A stretch of DNA of 64,000 nt, counting the filler, from Folioceros fuciformis (Eukaryota): assembly GCA_049999805.1 (NCBI GenBank). It is 15 parts of 15 records of this genome, joined end to end, with 100 filler letters (N's around TTAATTAATTAA, not from the genome) between each part and the next. Parts side by side here need not be neighbours in the genome. Positions count along the whole stretch, not along the records: positions 47,410 to 54,360 come from JBNGIO010000787.1; positions 54,461 to 56,426 come from JBNGIO010000789.1; positions 56,527 to 57,579 come from JBNGIO010000790.1; positions 57,680 to 59,627 come from JBNGIO010000793.1; positions 59,728 to 62,856 come from JBNGIO010000797.1; positions 62,957 to 64,000 come from JBNGIO010000816.1; 9 more parts are not named here. One strand, given 5' to 3'. The position numbers and the translations under genes were made by a program. The first letter of the stretch is position 1, and the number at the start of each line of letters is the position of its first letter. Below, piece by piece: positions 52,195 to 64,000 of this stretch. Below the pieces are notes generated by a model. It saw only the letters and a list, made by a program, of their open reading frames with translations. It made no database searches and was not told the DNA's origin.

Positions 52195-52799
52195 GCGAGG
52201 GAAATTTGTATAAACAATACAAACAGCTTGAAAGCCCAAGTTGTGCCTTTGAATCGGCGAAGCGCTCCAAGCGCTCAGTACGGCCAGTGAAGGAGGTTAG
52301 ACGATGGAGGAGGCGGTTTGGCCAGCACTGCAAGCACCCGATGAGGCGAAGGAAGATGGAGATTTTGTGTATAAGGAGTTGGAAGAGATTGACAACGTCG
52401 ACACAGAAGACCAACAAAGGTTTGCAGGAGTTGCTGTAGTGTATGACTCTCTGTCTGCAAAAGAGGGGTCTTAGAGTTTATAAGTACAAGTGTTTTCGTG
52501 CCGATTGGGCCTAGTGTGATGCTACAATAAAACAATCAATGAGTAAATAGTGCTGGTGAGCCTGACGCCTTGACCATCACTCGGTGTGTCGGCGTCATGT
52601 CACAGTGGACATCTGAGAAAAGGTTGGTGTGCGCAAGGTGGTGGCTCTTTTCGCATAAGTCTATATAGCTCATTCTGGAAGGGTTAAGAAATAGGACATC
52701 ATACTTCACTTCATGTACAAGTGTCCTTCATTATTCAGCCCCTTCCAGCTTTGTCGTGTTCAGGCTAGGCATGTGGCCTATTGGATGGAAATTCATAAG

Positions 52800-53760
52800 C
52801 AACGTTGTCTAAACCTATAGAAATGATAACTTGTGAATATGGGATCTTCGTAGCTTTAACGACTAAGTATTCTATTATTTGTTCTAACTTGCTATTTTTC
52901 ACAAAGCATGCCTTCTTGCATTCCTGATGATACAAGAAGTGTACGTGAACTATGGCCATCTTGACCTGCATGAGGAATTGCTCTCACTGCTTTTGACCAC
53001 ATATAAATAATTCTTCGCCATTATTACTGGAAGTAGGTGATGAATGTAGGGTACACACTCTCATATTGAGTATACAAGGATTCGAGTTTCTCTCTTGCTA
53101 CTGCCTCGGGAATGAGTGAACACTTTTCCATATACATTATCTCTCCCAATTGCTGTATGATGTCTGATCTTGTTGTTGCATTTTTACCTTATGTAGGAGA
53201 TTTCTCAACCATGCTCTTCCACATGCTAAAGGCACAAGAAGACTAACATGTTTGGACCAAAAGTCTGCTTGATTGCATTTATTTCTACTTGGCAGTCGTT
53301 CACAAAAAATGCAGTTGGTTGTCACATGGGAGACACCTCATGTGCCTTATCTCGCAACACTTGCCATCTTGCTATACTTGTTGTATCGGCATCTCTACAT
53401 ATCACCCAAGAAATGGGCAAGCCATTCATGTGGTCATCAAACACCTAGAGACTAATAAGCTGAAACTGCCATTTATTGAGACCAAACGACGCATCCGCAG
53501 CCACAGCAGAGTTATGACCCCACTTTACCAACATTTCTAGCATAAACGGTGTTTGCACACCAAGAATGAAAGTATTTGCAATATGAGGAAGAGGTTTGTA
53601 ATGTCTATATAGGGTAGAAAACTAAGTTAGTGTGAAGGTCTATCCATATACGCACACTATCTGCATCTTGCACATGAAGTTCATAGGTTCGAGACTTCAC
53701 TTTTGTCTCCATATTCTAAACATCCCTCAGACTCAAATAATCATCCCTTGTAAACTTGTA
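52800..53760 (-). mobile_element. Mutator-like (MULE) transposase, decayed
   Basis: RDDYLSLRDV, DADSVRIW, FILGVQT, GHNSAVAADASFGLNK, VFDDHMNGLPISW, PTAFFVNDCQVEINAI, VFLCL*HV/RAWLRNL and FITYF..W..IPHAGQD; stops, frameshifts and a deletion. Confidence 0.85.
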
Positions 53761-54020
53761 GGTTGAATCTACTCATCGTTTGGCATGAACTTTCTCTTTG
53801 TGATCAACAATGATTTGCATCTTTGTCAATTTACACAACAATCCTTGCCTCCACCCCCTCTAACTCCCCCTCTAGCAATCCTTGCCTCCATTCCATCTAA
53901 CTCGCACTAGCAATTGATGATCCTCACAGTGTGCAAATAAACTTTGCAGAGCAAGGGAAAATAAACTTCTCAAATTTCTCATCCCCCCATCCATGGCTTT
54001 TTCACACTCAGTTACATCTA

Positions 54021-54360
54021 GGTAATGCTCTAAACTTTTGTTTACATGGACTCAGGTAATGCTCCTACACTCTATTCACATGGACACGAAAGCTCTAAAC
54101 TTTGTTTACATGGACTCCGGGTAATGCTCCTAGACTCTATTCACATGGACACGAAAGCTCTAAACTTTGTTTACATGGACTCTGGGTAATGCTCCTAGAC
54201 TCTATTCACATGGACACGAAAGCTCTAAACTTTGTTTACATGGATTCCGGGTAATGCTCCTAGACTCTATTCACATGGACATGAAAGCTCTAAACTTTGT
54301 TTACATGGACTCCGGGTAATGCTCCTAGACTCTATTCACATGGACACGAAAGCTCTAAAC
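54021..54360. repeat. 65-bp tandem repeat, about 5 copies, to the contig end
   Basis: GTAATGCTCCTAGACTCTATTCACATGGACACGAAAGCTCTAAACTTTGTTTACATGGACTCCGG. Confidence 0.92.
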
Positions 54361-54460
54361 NNNNNNNNNNNNNNNNNNNNNNNNNNNNNNNNNNNNNNNN
54401 NNNNTTAATTAATTAANNNNNNNNNNNNNNNNNNNNNNNNNNNNNNNNNNNNNNNNNNNN

Positions 54461-55061
54461 CATTGGAACCTTTCGAAGGTTCCATGTTCTTCCTGTTCAC
54501 CTCCTCTATTATTAGGCTACCTTCTACATTTACAACGGTGAGACCACTGGCAGGAGCGGGATTACTCAGAGCGGTACGAAAGGTGTCCCAGCTCTCTGGT
54601 AATGTGACCAACACAAACATAGCTCTCACGTAATATGGGAACGAGATACCTTGAGCTGAGAACTGGCTGGAAATGGTATTGAACTCATTCAGATGATCGG
54701 ACATCCTCATCCCTTCCTTCATCTTCAAGTCCACCAGCTGTTTCAACCAGTACACCTGAGAAGCCGCACTTTGCTTCTCATACAGGTCACACAACTTCTG
54801 CCATAGCTCGTAACTTGTGGTCTTGTCTTTCACATTGAAGTAGACCGACTTCAACAATGTTAGCATGATGGTATACCTAGCAAGCTCATCTAGATCCTGC
54901 CACTCATCCTGAGTCATGCTAACGGGTTTCACTCCTAGCAACTTTATCGGCTTGATCTGCTTCTTTTGCACTAGAACATTGTAGACTTGTTCTTTATAGA
55001 ACGGGAAGTTAGTACCATCTAACTTCTTTATGTTGAACATGACGTTTTCTGAGGACGCCAT
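54461..55061 (-). CDS. Ty1/copia gag (open, truncated by the gap)
   Basis: KLDGTNFPFYKEQV, ELWQKLCDLYE, LKMKEG..MSDHLNEFN and LVTLPESWD. Confidence 0.93.
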
Positions 55062-55641
55062 ATTTCAAAATCGATACAAATCAAGTAAAAAGGCTAGTTT
55101 GAAAACGATCGAAAATGTAATATAGATTCTAAAAGTTACCCTCACGACTGTCCACAATTTAGGCCGACACGATGGGCCCAAGTCCGATTCTGGCCCTCTT
55201 TGCGTTCCAAGATTAACTCGACCGTCTGCGGCCGGAATTCGGTCGCTCCCAACTGAATTCGCCCACGCCCACATCCTAACCTATTGCGCACGACACCCAC
55301 GTTCACGACTAGTGCCGGCGGCGCCCACGGTGTCCGAGCCCGCTGTGCCCATGGCAGTGCCCCCGCGGTTTGGCGCCTTCCACCCGCGCTTGCTGCGGCG
55401 CTCCGGTGCGCCCACATCGCATGCGCCCGCGGCCTGGCACGCACAGGGCCTCGCGATGCCGCTATCACTGCCACAGCCTCAGCAAGGCACGGCTGGAGCC
55501 TCCTGCACTCCGGGCAGCAGGTGGCCTCAAACGGCCACCGGGATTCTGCCTTCACTCCGGAGCCTTCCTCATGCCTTGGTGCACCTCGTCCACAGCACCT
55601 GCCATCACCCTCTGCTCCACAGTCCTAGCTCCACAACCTGC

Positions 55642-55653
55642 GCTCTGATACCA
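55642..55653 (-). promoter_or_regulatory. Primer-binding site (tRNA-iMet)
   Basis: TGGTATCAGAGC, 2 nt after the LTR end. Confidence 0.93.
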
Positions 55654-55655
55654 GT

Positions 55656-56044
55656 TGAAGGATCGGAAAGGGAGCCACATGAAGGAGAAGAGGAGAGGAG
55701 AGGAAGAGAGGAGGAGAGGAGAAAGAGAGGTCTTACAGTGTCTCTCACATCTCTGTTGCAACGGGAGCTCAAGAGGGTATTTATACCCTCTAGAAAAGCT
55801 CCCAAGGACGCTTCACAACAAGCTCACAGAAAGCTATGCAGGAAGCTTCCTAAAGATTCGCTTAAGCTAATCTAAACTAATGATACTTAATTAGACACTA
55901 ATCTTAGACTAATTACATTAGTCTAATTACACTAATCACATTAGTCTAATTACACTAATCACATTAGTCTAATTACACTAATCACATTAGTCTAATTACA
56001 CTAATCACATTAGTCTAAGCACATTGGGCTTTAATAACCCTACA
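55656..56044 (-). mobile_element. 5' LTR of the TGTAGGG copia family with 4 x 23-bp expansion
   Basis: TGTAGGG...CCTTCA; plus-strand unit GTCTAATTACACTAATCACATTA at 55921-56012. Confidence 0.92.
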
Positions 56045-56308
56045 CATCCTACATGCAATGCTTGTCGAGGCAAAGGGCTTTCATTGGAGTGTCAAGCCTA
56101 AAGTGGAGTATTGGGCCTAAAGAGTGGCACCTAATAGGTAGTCACAATATTGAACCACCTCCATAGGCTATCCATTATAGAGGAACATTTTGTTATGAGC
56201 ATTAGGATCTCCCTAGTTGAAGAACATGCCTTTGATCTTCTTGAGATTGACCTCCAACTCCCTTGCCTTGTAGAAACCAAGCAATATGTCTAGTTGCTAT
56301 TGGAGGCC
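56045..56308 (-). mobile_element. Non-LTR RT remnant, same family as 4719-4920
   Basis: GLQ*QLDILLGFYKARELEVNLKKIKGMFFN...MFLYNG*PMEVVQYCDYL. Confidence 0.7.
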
Positions 56309-56426
56309 TGTGGAGGCAAAACCCCGGGCACTGATTGCCGACTGGTTCTACCTTTAGTGGCCACACTTATCCCACTATCGTTGAGACATTGGGTTCCGTT
56401 CCCACGAAGGAGCGATGGGGTTCTTT
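56309..56426 (-). mobile_element. End of an LTR homologous to 3841-4718
   Basis: Close match to the reverse complement of about 4601-4718. Confidence 0.85.
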
Positions 56427-56526
56427 NNNNNNNNNNNNNNNNNNNNNNNNNNNNNNNNNNNNNNNNNNNNTTAATTAATTAANNNNNNNNNNNNNNNNNN
56501 NNNNNNNNNNNNNNNNNNNNNNNNNN

Positions 56527-57536
56527 ATACTTGGCCTGCTATACCTCGCGTACAGAAGAAGGCCACATTTTCCCGTCTAGAAGACTTTGTGGATGCAGAT
56601 TACTTGACGGACTTATTGCAGAGGAACGCAGAATCCTATAAAAGGCAGAAAAATCGCATTGATGAAGCTTCAGCTGAGTTTGTGTCAGCAGCTGTCACCC
56701 AAGCAACGCCTGTCAGCTCTATTCCAGCCCCAACCATTCCTTCACGATCTGTCTCTGATCTCTCCGTGGTCAAAGGAAACACTCCCAGGTACCTGACGTC
56801 ATAGCTAACAGACATTAAGGGCCAGATATCACAGCTAGCAGACACACAGGTCCGTCAACACAAGGAGGTGATGGACCGGCTCCAGGACATCTGGGATGGG
56901 ATTAGGGCAGTTTAAGCAGAGGTTCTGAGGTCCAAACGAGAGACACTGCAGGCTTTGAAGGGTGCCATGGATAAGATTATAGGGTACCATGATTTCAAAT
57001 TCCCCCGTCGCCCTTTTCTGTCTGCAAATGGTGTTTCCTTCAAAGAAAAAATTCTGGCCTCTATCTGGGTAAGCAAGGCCCTTCATTTATATTTCATGTG
57101 TGAAAGTAAAAGTGGGAATCATGTTGTGAAAGGACAGCCTGGTCACCCCATCCTCCTGGGGGACAGCAATTACAAGTGGATTCGAAAACTTAGTGTGACG
57201 AGTGCCAAGATGCTCTTGTTTCTCGTCAAGGCAGGCCTGCATGTGGCTGCTGGTTTGGGTAATGCCATACCCAACTTTGCAGACTGGGATGGAGCTCTTC
57301 CACTTACAGTACTTGCATTGGGTGGGGAAAGCTCAGTACCTACAATTTGACTGACATGGTGACAGTGGATGACAATATGGATGTGGAAGCGTGGCCGAGT
57401 CTGAAGCAGGTTCTAGAACCCCTTCAGGGCCGTATGAGGCAGTTGTTTCGGCTCGAAAAAGTCATGCACCGAAAATGAAGTAGCGTGGCTATGCGATGAC
57501 TGTAGGAGAAAGGCAGCGGGACTTCTAATCCAATGA
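56527..57536 (+). pseudogene. TORNADO1-like (plant Roco-type) C-terminal region, disrupted
   Basis: LHLYFMCE...HVVKGQPG, KMLLFLVKAGLHVAAGLGNAIP, LFRLEKV and VAWLCDDC; stops at 56802 and 56913 plus frameshifts. Confidence 0.75.
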
Positions 57537-58138
57537 TATGAATGTGGAAGGTTTGCCACAGGTTTTACCGTGGTGAAGGNNNNNNNNNNNNNNNNNNNNN
57601 NNNNNNNNNNNNNNNNNNNNNNNTTAATTAATTAANNNNNNNNNNNNNNNNNNNNNNNNNNNNNNNNNNNNNNNNNNNNGCTTAACATCATAGGGTAGTA
57701 ATTGAGAGTATAGAGAGAAATTTGGAAATAATTTTGTTTTTTTTTATTTCTTCTGATTTCACATGTTTGCTCTTGATAAATAAGTATGTTGTTGTTGATT
57801 TTCCCACCTTTTTTTTATAGGTATCTCACTCAAATTGCGCACATTGCACCTAAACGGAATAGACACAGTGCACTTAATGGATGACACTCCACACCAATTA
57901 CAAGGCACTGGCACATCGAGATATGCATGTGACATTGTAGGAAACATATATCAATGGCAGATAATTGTACCTTTGTGTTTAGTAATATTGAAGTCCTCCT
58001 CTTGAGAGCACAACACAGGGATTTATATTATGGGAAAAAGTGCTTTGTGCATATTTGGTGGTCTTTATGCATGAAGAACCATAGTTTATGGGTAGAGTTT
58101 AGGACGAGTAGATTAAGCGTCACCATGAGATAAACAAG

Positions 58139-59074
58139 ATGCAAAACCTCACAATGGAGGTTGAAGAATCAGACAATGTTGAATCCTTTTCATCCTCCAG
58201 TTCATTGGATGATGAATTTGTTTCTGAAAATGAACTCCCAAACAAGAATAAATTCATGAACTCCTACAATGGGTTGTACATTGCTGATGCATCTATAGTA
58301 GATGATCCAGCATTTGTCAGCCCGTTGTCTAGCTCCATATCCACTACTTCGTATCTGCGAAGCCGAAAGGCTCAAGGAAATGAGCTGATACTATTGGATG
58401 GATCCATAGACTTCTACTCTAAAAGATTAGATCCTGTTGATTCAATGGGGATGAATAAAGAAGATAAAGAGACCACCTCAGAGGACTCTTGGGAGAACAC
58501 ACCTTTCATGAATCCAGGTGGTGAGGATGCATATGTAGAGGGAAACACACCATTCACAAATGAGAATGGGGAAGTTGTAGAGGATGAATGGTCCTTCAAT
58601 AGCGCTAATCGTATTGATAAGGGTAAAGCTATATTACAAGTCTATGATTCTCCTCCCACATTTGAGGTGGGATCTAGTAGTCAGCCCTACTTGAGAGAAA
58701 ACTATGGTAGTTTTCAAAACTTTGGGTTCGGTGGAAATGCCATTGCAGATAGCTTCACCAGCGGACATGGAGTTGATGAGCTTGACAACCATGCATTTTA
58801 TCCTAAACCTAGTTTGAACCAATATGCTTATGAGGACATAAATGTGGGTACCCACAATCAGCGGGAAAACTTGGAAACTTTTGAAAGGGATTTTCAAACA
58901 CTTGAAAGTAATAAAGACATAATTGAGCATGATGAAGATGAGGAGTTTGATATCAGCCAATTAGATGTTCAGCCTCGGAGAGGAAGTATATTTGACTTGG
59001 AGAATGCAAATTTTTATGATAAAGGCCCTGTTTATTATCCTTATGGGCCTAATCCTCAGAAGTCTCATGTATGA
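58139..59074 (+). CDS. Acidic 311-aa ORF or first exon of an unknown gene
   Basis: Long stop-free ORF in AT-rich DNA; ends at a donor-like CAT|GTATGA; a possible later exon at about 59404-59627. Confidence 0.5.
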   Translation: MQNLTMEVEESDNVESFSSSSSLDDEFVSENELPNKNKFMNSYNGLYIADASIVDDPAFVSPLSSSISTTSYLRSRKAQGNELILLDGSIDFYSKRLDPVDSMGMNKEDKETTSEDSWENTPFMNPGGEDAYVEGNTPFTNENGEVVEDEWSFNSANRIDKGKAILQVYDSPPTFEVGSSSQPYLRENYGSFQNFGFGGNAIADSFTSGHGVDELDNHAFYPKPSLNQYAYEDINVGTHNQRENLETFERDFQTLESNKDIIEHDEDEEFDISQLDVQPRRGSIFDLENANFYDKGPVYYPYGPNPQKSHV

Positions 59075-61606
59075 CACTCTTTGAATGGTTTCTTGTTGGC
59101 ATATTTCTATAACTTTAGTACACATCTACAAGAGTCTATCTACTTATTTGAATGGTTTCTTGTTGGCATATTTCTATAACTTTAGTACACATCTACAAGA
59201 GTCTATCTACTTAACTAACATCACACTAGTACTGTGCATTAGATAACTTTGTTTGAATTCCTCTATAAACATGATAGGTACAAGGTGCAACATCCAATCA
59301 AGTTGGAGGCCAAGGGTAACAAATCAACACATTGCTTTTAATGTTGTCTTAAACCTCACATGGGTATCTATTGGTTGACAAACTAATGATATCAAAATGT
59401 GCAGAGACAAGACAACTGGAAATCAAGGTCCCAAGAGTCATGTAACTCTTGCAGATTTACGAAGGGCATCTTCTCTCGGGGCGTTACAATCAACTATAGA
59501 AATTGCAATGTCGTACCATGGAGTTGCAATTTCATATGAAGGCTTTGCCAAAAGTCATTTTGCGAACCATTATAAAGGCTTTTGGCCTTTCCACACTTTA
59601 CTGCCCATCAATCAAGTTGTGCAACACNNNNNNNNNNNNNNNNNNNNNNNNNNNNNNNNNNNNNNNNNNNNTTAATTAATTAANNNNNNNNNNNNNNNNN
59701 NNNNNNNNNNNNNNNNNNNNNNNNNNNGCCCACCACAGTTCAAGCATCGCTCCGCGCTCCCGCAGAAGGTCTGAGTGTGTCCAAAAGATTAATTGAAAAA
59801 TGTTGTATAGTAGTATTTAAGTATCTCATTGTATGAACGGTCACGGTTATGACTATTCATATAAACAACTATTCATTTATTAACGTTACCCCAAGGCGTA
59901 AACTCTAACCCTAATGGGGTTACATTCCAACATTATGTCTTACCACTAGACATTATTTGTCATTAGTCATGTATTTTATTGAAAAACAATAGGATATTCC
60001 ATCTACCCAAAAACAAGGAAGAATAACCCAAAAACAAAAACAAGGAAGAATAACCCAAAAAGCGTTGAAGGCCGAAAGCGAACTAGCCCCCTTGAATATC
60101 ACTCCTATGACTAGCCCCCTTAAATATCACTCCTATAACTACCTACCGCTCCTAGAATGCTGTGATGTGAAATGATGAAGGGCCTACTTGCCACAAATGC
60201 TAATGAAGTGGCTAGACCCACATTTATCATGGTCCTAGAAGCCACATTGGCAACCGCCCTTTATGGAGTGATGGAAACATGTTGTGCAAAGAAGGTTGTC
60301 ACCAAGAAACGAGCGAGAACTTGAGGTCCCATTAAGGAAAGAGCGAGAACCTCAACTGCCACCAAGAAAAGATCTAGAACTCCATTTATGTAACTATGAT
60401 ACACTTTTGCACACTCCTTACTAAGTGTTGAAAATTCTTTGCCTTTGGCCCCATCGGTCTCAATAGTAAAGGGATAAAAACATAGTTGCCCTACATGGGA
60501 GAGTACTGGTGGACCTTGTTTGTCGCACATGCCTCTACCACCCAAGCCAAAGATTAGGTTGATGAAAATGTTGAGGGGGTGTTCTTGAACAATATGGTTG
60601 TCCTCTATTATGGCTTTAATCTAATAGCAAGAAAGCATTTAGAGGCCTTTGATAAAAAGGGCATAAGAGACAAGTTTCATAGGTTGTGAGGTTTGATAAA
60701 GACGCCTAGTTACCTCGGGACGGGCAATAGTGAGAATGAATAACATGGGAGCGTAGCCAACCTAGGCTTCTATGACCCAACTGGTTTGTCAACCACCAAG
60801 TGTTGCTAATGTGCCAAAACAGGTATAAGGATAGCTTAAAATCGAAGCGTCGTCTATAAGGAGTGACGTTGTGAAGTACTACACACAATGGCCTTGTAAG
60901 AGATGTGTTGTGAGCTGAAAGTATTGGACATTGTTCATGTTCCCATGTGTTCTTTAGTGTTGAATAGAATGTACATCGGTAGGCAGAAATATTATCTCGT
61001 AGTCTTTTGTAGAATTCCTGTGACCTTGATGGGCAGCACCACTATATAGGTCCTATTCATCAATAGTTTGCAAGTAATGGACAAAGATTTCATAAATATC
61101 CTTCAATGGCCTCCTCTCCCAATTATAGCAAGGTTAATGCTAAAGTGAGTGAGTGTAGTTACCGATTGGTGGCCACTTGTGTGAAAGAGAGTTTCTCCTA
61201 TTCCTATTCATCAATAGTTTGCGGGTAATGGACAAAGGTTTCATAAAGTTCCTTCAATGGCCTCCTCTCCCAATTATAGCAAGGTCAATGCTAAAGTGAG
61301 TGAGTGTAGTTACCGATTGGTGGCCTCTTATGTGAAAGAGAGTTTCTCCCATTAAACAACACGGAATGAGCGCAGCCTAACATTGTGTGTACAAGGATTT
61401 ACTACCTAATGTTGCCTTGAAGGCAAGTAGGAGGCACTGAACTGCTAGCGGCTCTTGCTAGCCACTGTTTTGTTCAAAATTAAATGGTTGGGTTGCTACT
61501 TGGTAGGGATTCAAGCTTCATGTCGAGATGCTTTGTTTAGTGAAAGTTGTTTTCCTTTTTTGGCTAGGTCGCCATAGAATGTGAGAGTGGACAAGTTGTC
61601 AAGCCA

Positions 61607-62094
61607 TTGCGCTCTCCTACGCATGTGGACAAAGGCTTCAATGGTGTTTGACATGGGGCCTATCCTATTGCGCTCTTCTACACATGTGGACAAAGGCTTC
61701 GATGGTATTTGACATGGGACCTATACTATTGCGATCTCCTATGCATGTGGACATAGGCTTCAATGGTGTTTGACATTGGGCCTGTACTATTGCACTCTCC
61801 TACGCATGTGGACATAGGCTTCAATGGTGTTTGACATTGGGCCTGTACTATTGCGCTCTCCTACGCATGTGGACAAAGGCTTCAATGGTGTTTGACATGA
61901 GGCCTGTCCTATTGCGCTCTCCTACGCATCTGGACATAGGCTTCAATGGTGTTTGACATGGGACATGTCCTATTGTGCTCTCCTACGCATGTGGACAAAG
62001 GCTTCAATGGTGTTTGACATGGGGCCTACCGTATTGTGCTCTCCTACGCATGTGGACATAGGCTTCAATGGTGTTTGACATGGGGCTTGTCCTA
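61607..62094. repeat. 61-bp tandem repeat, 8 copies
   Basis: TTGCGCTCTCCTACGCATGTGGACAAAGGCTTCAATGGTGTTTGACATGGGGCCT.TCCTA. Confidence 0.95.
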
Positions 62095-63731
62095 GGGAAA
62101 TTGTACAGGTTGAGAAAACATGCTACCTTACTTTTGTTGTCGGTTCTATAGGTGACCTACAGGTAGGGCACAACAAGAGCATTATTCAAACATTGTTTCT
62201 CACAATACTTGCTAGAAATGTGAATATGTATCTTGTATGTGGGACTCTTCCGCGTTTGGCAGATCCTTCACCCTCTTGATCTTGATTCACCCTCTTGCAG
62301 CTTTTTCTTTTAAGAAAAGAATTTTGCACTCATCAAAATGTACGATTTTCCTGATTGCTCATGCCTTGGCCATGTCAAGGCCCAGGTAGTGCACATTTGC
62401 GAGTAAAGCTCTGATTTCTTGGATTGTTATTGCCACCAAAGTGGAAAGACACAATTTGCCATTATGCATTGGTCTTTTGAAATGGATGTTGCAAACTGAA
62501 ATTAGTTCCCAAGGGAACCCCAATCCGAAATGTAGATACTCCATGGCACATTGCAGGCTGCCCAAATACTACCCCCCAAGTATGTATTTGCACCCTATTT
62601 GCAATAGGACACTCACCATTAATAGGGTGATGGTTGGTCGAAGTGGAAGGAAAAATAGCATACCTAAAATGTAAGCATGTTGAGCAGCAGTGCTATTGGC
62701 ATTTGAAAGTGTGCAGAGTTTGGAAGTGCGCATAGCAAATAGGTTTGAACTTTCGCAAATCTATGTCTCAAAACGGGTTTTAGGCTATTGTATGGTAGGT
62801 TTGCTGCTTGTTCCGTATCATGTTTGATGCTATGTTCCGTATGGTTGGCATGCCAANNNNNNNNNNNNNNNNNNNNNNNNNNNNNNNNNNNNNNNNNNNN
62901 TTAATTAATTAANNNNNNNNNNNNNNNNNNNNNNNNNNNNNNNNNNNNNNNNNNNNCTTATAACCAAACCAACTATTTCCTGGTCAATTAACCTAATTAG
63001 CACAAAGAAAAATAGGAAAAATGACCAGAAAATCAAGGAAAATTAGGGAAAATAAGTTGAAAAAGAAAACCAAACCATAACACTATTAACCCTTTTTCAA
63101 CCAAAACAAACTACTACCCCAAACTTTGGAGGTTCACAGAAGGGTTCGATACCCTTGATTCCATGATTGAGTTCAGGGTGGAGGGACTACGATCAAGCAT
63201 CACCAACTCAGAGGGATCGATTCTTACTCAAATTCGTTGGCAGTCTCTGTTGCTGCAACAGGGTGAACGCTTGATGTTGGTACAGACCCTGATTCGCGGT
63301 GTGCAGAATTCACTCTCTTTTCTGTCAGAGAGATTTGAGCGCCTAGAAATTGGATCCGCGACTACTTCAGTGCTGCACTCACATCAGGCTGCCACTAATT
63401 TATCTAAGCTCTCTGCACATTCGTGAGTATCTGTCCATGGTGCCGATGCGCGGATAGCCAGATCTGTAACAGCGCCCCGCGCACAATGATCCCTCTCTCC
63501 AGAATTGGAGGGGGATCACGTGAGTTGCAGTGCTGGAAGGAGGACGCGCTAGCAAATCTCAACCGGTACTCTTCAGCAGAATGGTGGTTGCTGAGCTCTG
63601 CCACTTGTCACTGCAACGCGTTCATTTGCAACGTTTCATGATTATTTAGATACTTTCATATCTAACCCTAAGTGTGTCGGTTTTAGGCAAAACGGCACAT
63701 ACCTTCCTGTAATGTCGTTTCGCTTTCTTCC

Positions 63732-64000
63732 ATGTCGTTTGGCCTTAGTTGGTTATCTTCAAACTCATATAGTGATCTAGATGAGGACTTAGCAACTGAA
63801 CTTGCGTTTGTCCAATCCCTACAAACTCAATTTCCTACATTCAATCCTCCTCCATTCATATCTACTTCAGCACCACCAATTATCAATATGAATACAACTA
63901 CTAGAGCTGGTAACTATGCTGGAGAATTTAAAGAAAAAGATCGTTTCCATGGTAAGTCTATCAACTATGAAAGTTGGAGAGCCCGGATGCAAGCTTACCT
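63732..64000 (+). CDS. Ty1/copia gag N-terminus (runs off the window)
   Basis: Open frame ending DRFHGKSINYESWRARMQAY (F-x-G-x-NY-xx-W-xx-RM motif); start at ATG 63732 or 63888. Confidence 0.75.
   Translation, partial: MSFGLSWLSSNSYSDLDEDLATELAFVQSLQTQFPTFNPPPFISTSAPPIINMNTTTRAGNYAGEFKEKDRFHGKSINYESWRARMQAY

Noticed and set aside
59801-59932. TGTTG...CAACA 132-bp segment as a solo LTR or TRIM
   Set aside because: No TSD, PBS or clear PPT.
61607-62094. Regular arrays here and at 8475, 37151, 46263 and 54021 as CRISPR-like loci
   Set aside because: Whole units repeat with no unique spacers and no cas genes; these are minisatellites.

Overview
Eukaryotic land-plant genomic DNA (TTTAGGG telomere, spliceosomal introns, plant TE families; the compact introns and TE set suggest a non-seed plant, which is inference). 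The window is 15 contigs joined by an artificial 100-nt spacer (N44-TTAATTAATTAA-N44), so adjacency across spacers means nothing. Host genes: a large Gly/Cys-rich membrane protein (At5g11700-like, 5'-truncated), acylamino-acid-releasing enzyme (AARE) about 1.4 kb from a telomere array, a DCAF8-like WD40 gene, the 3' end of a CYP71-clan P450 and a TORNADO1-like pseudogene. The rest is mostly decayed Ty1/copia, Ty3/gypsy, LINE, Harbinger and MULE elements, solo or nested LTRs and minisatellites. The main result is missed by the ORF track: a decayed bacterial-type beta-class amino (N4-C/N6-A) DNA methyltransferase gene at about 51360-52190, preceded by a long hairpin and lying tail-to-tail with a decayed MULE transposase. 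It is a candidate transposon-borne DNA methylation system.
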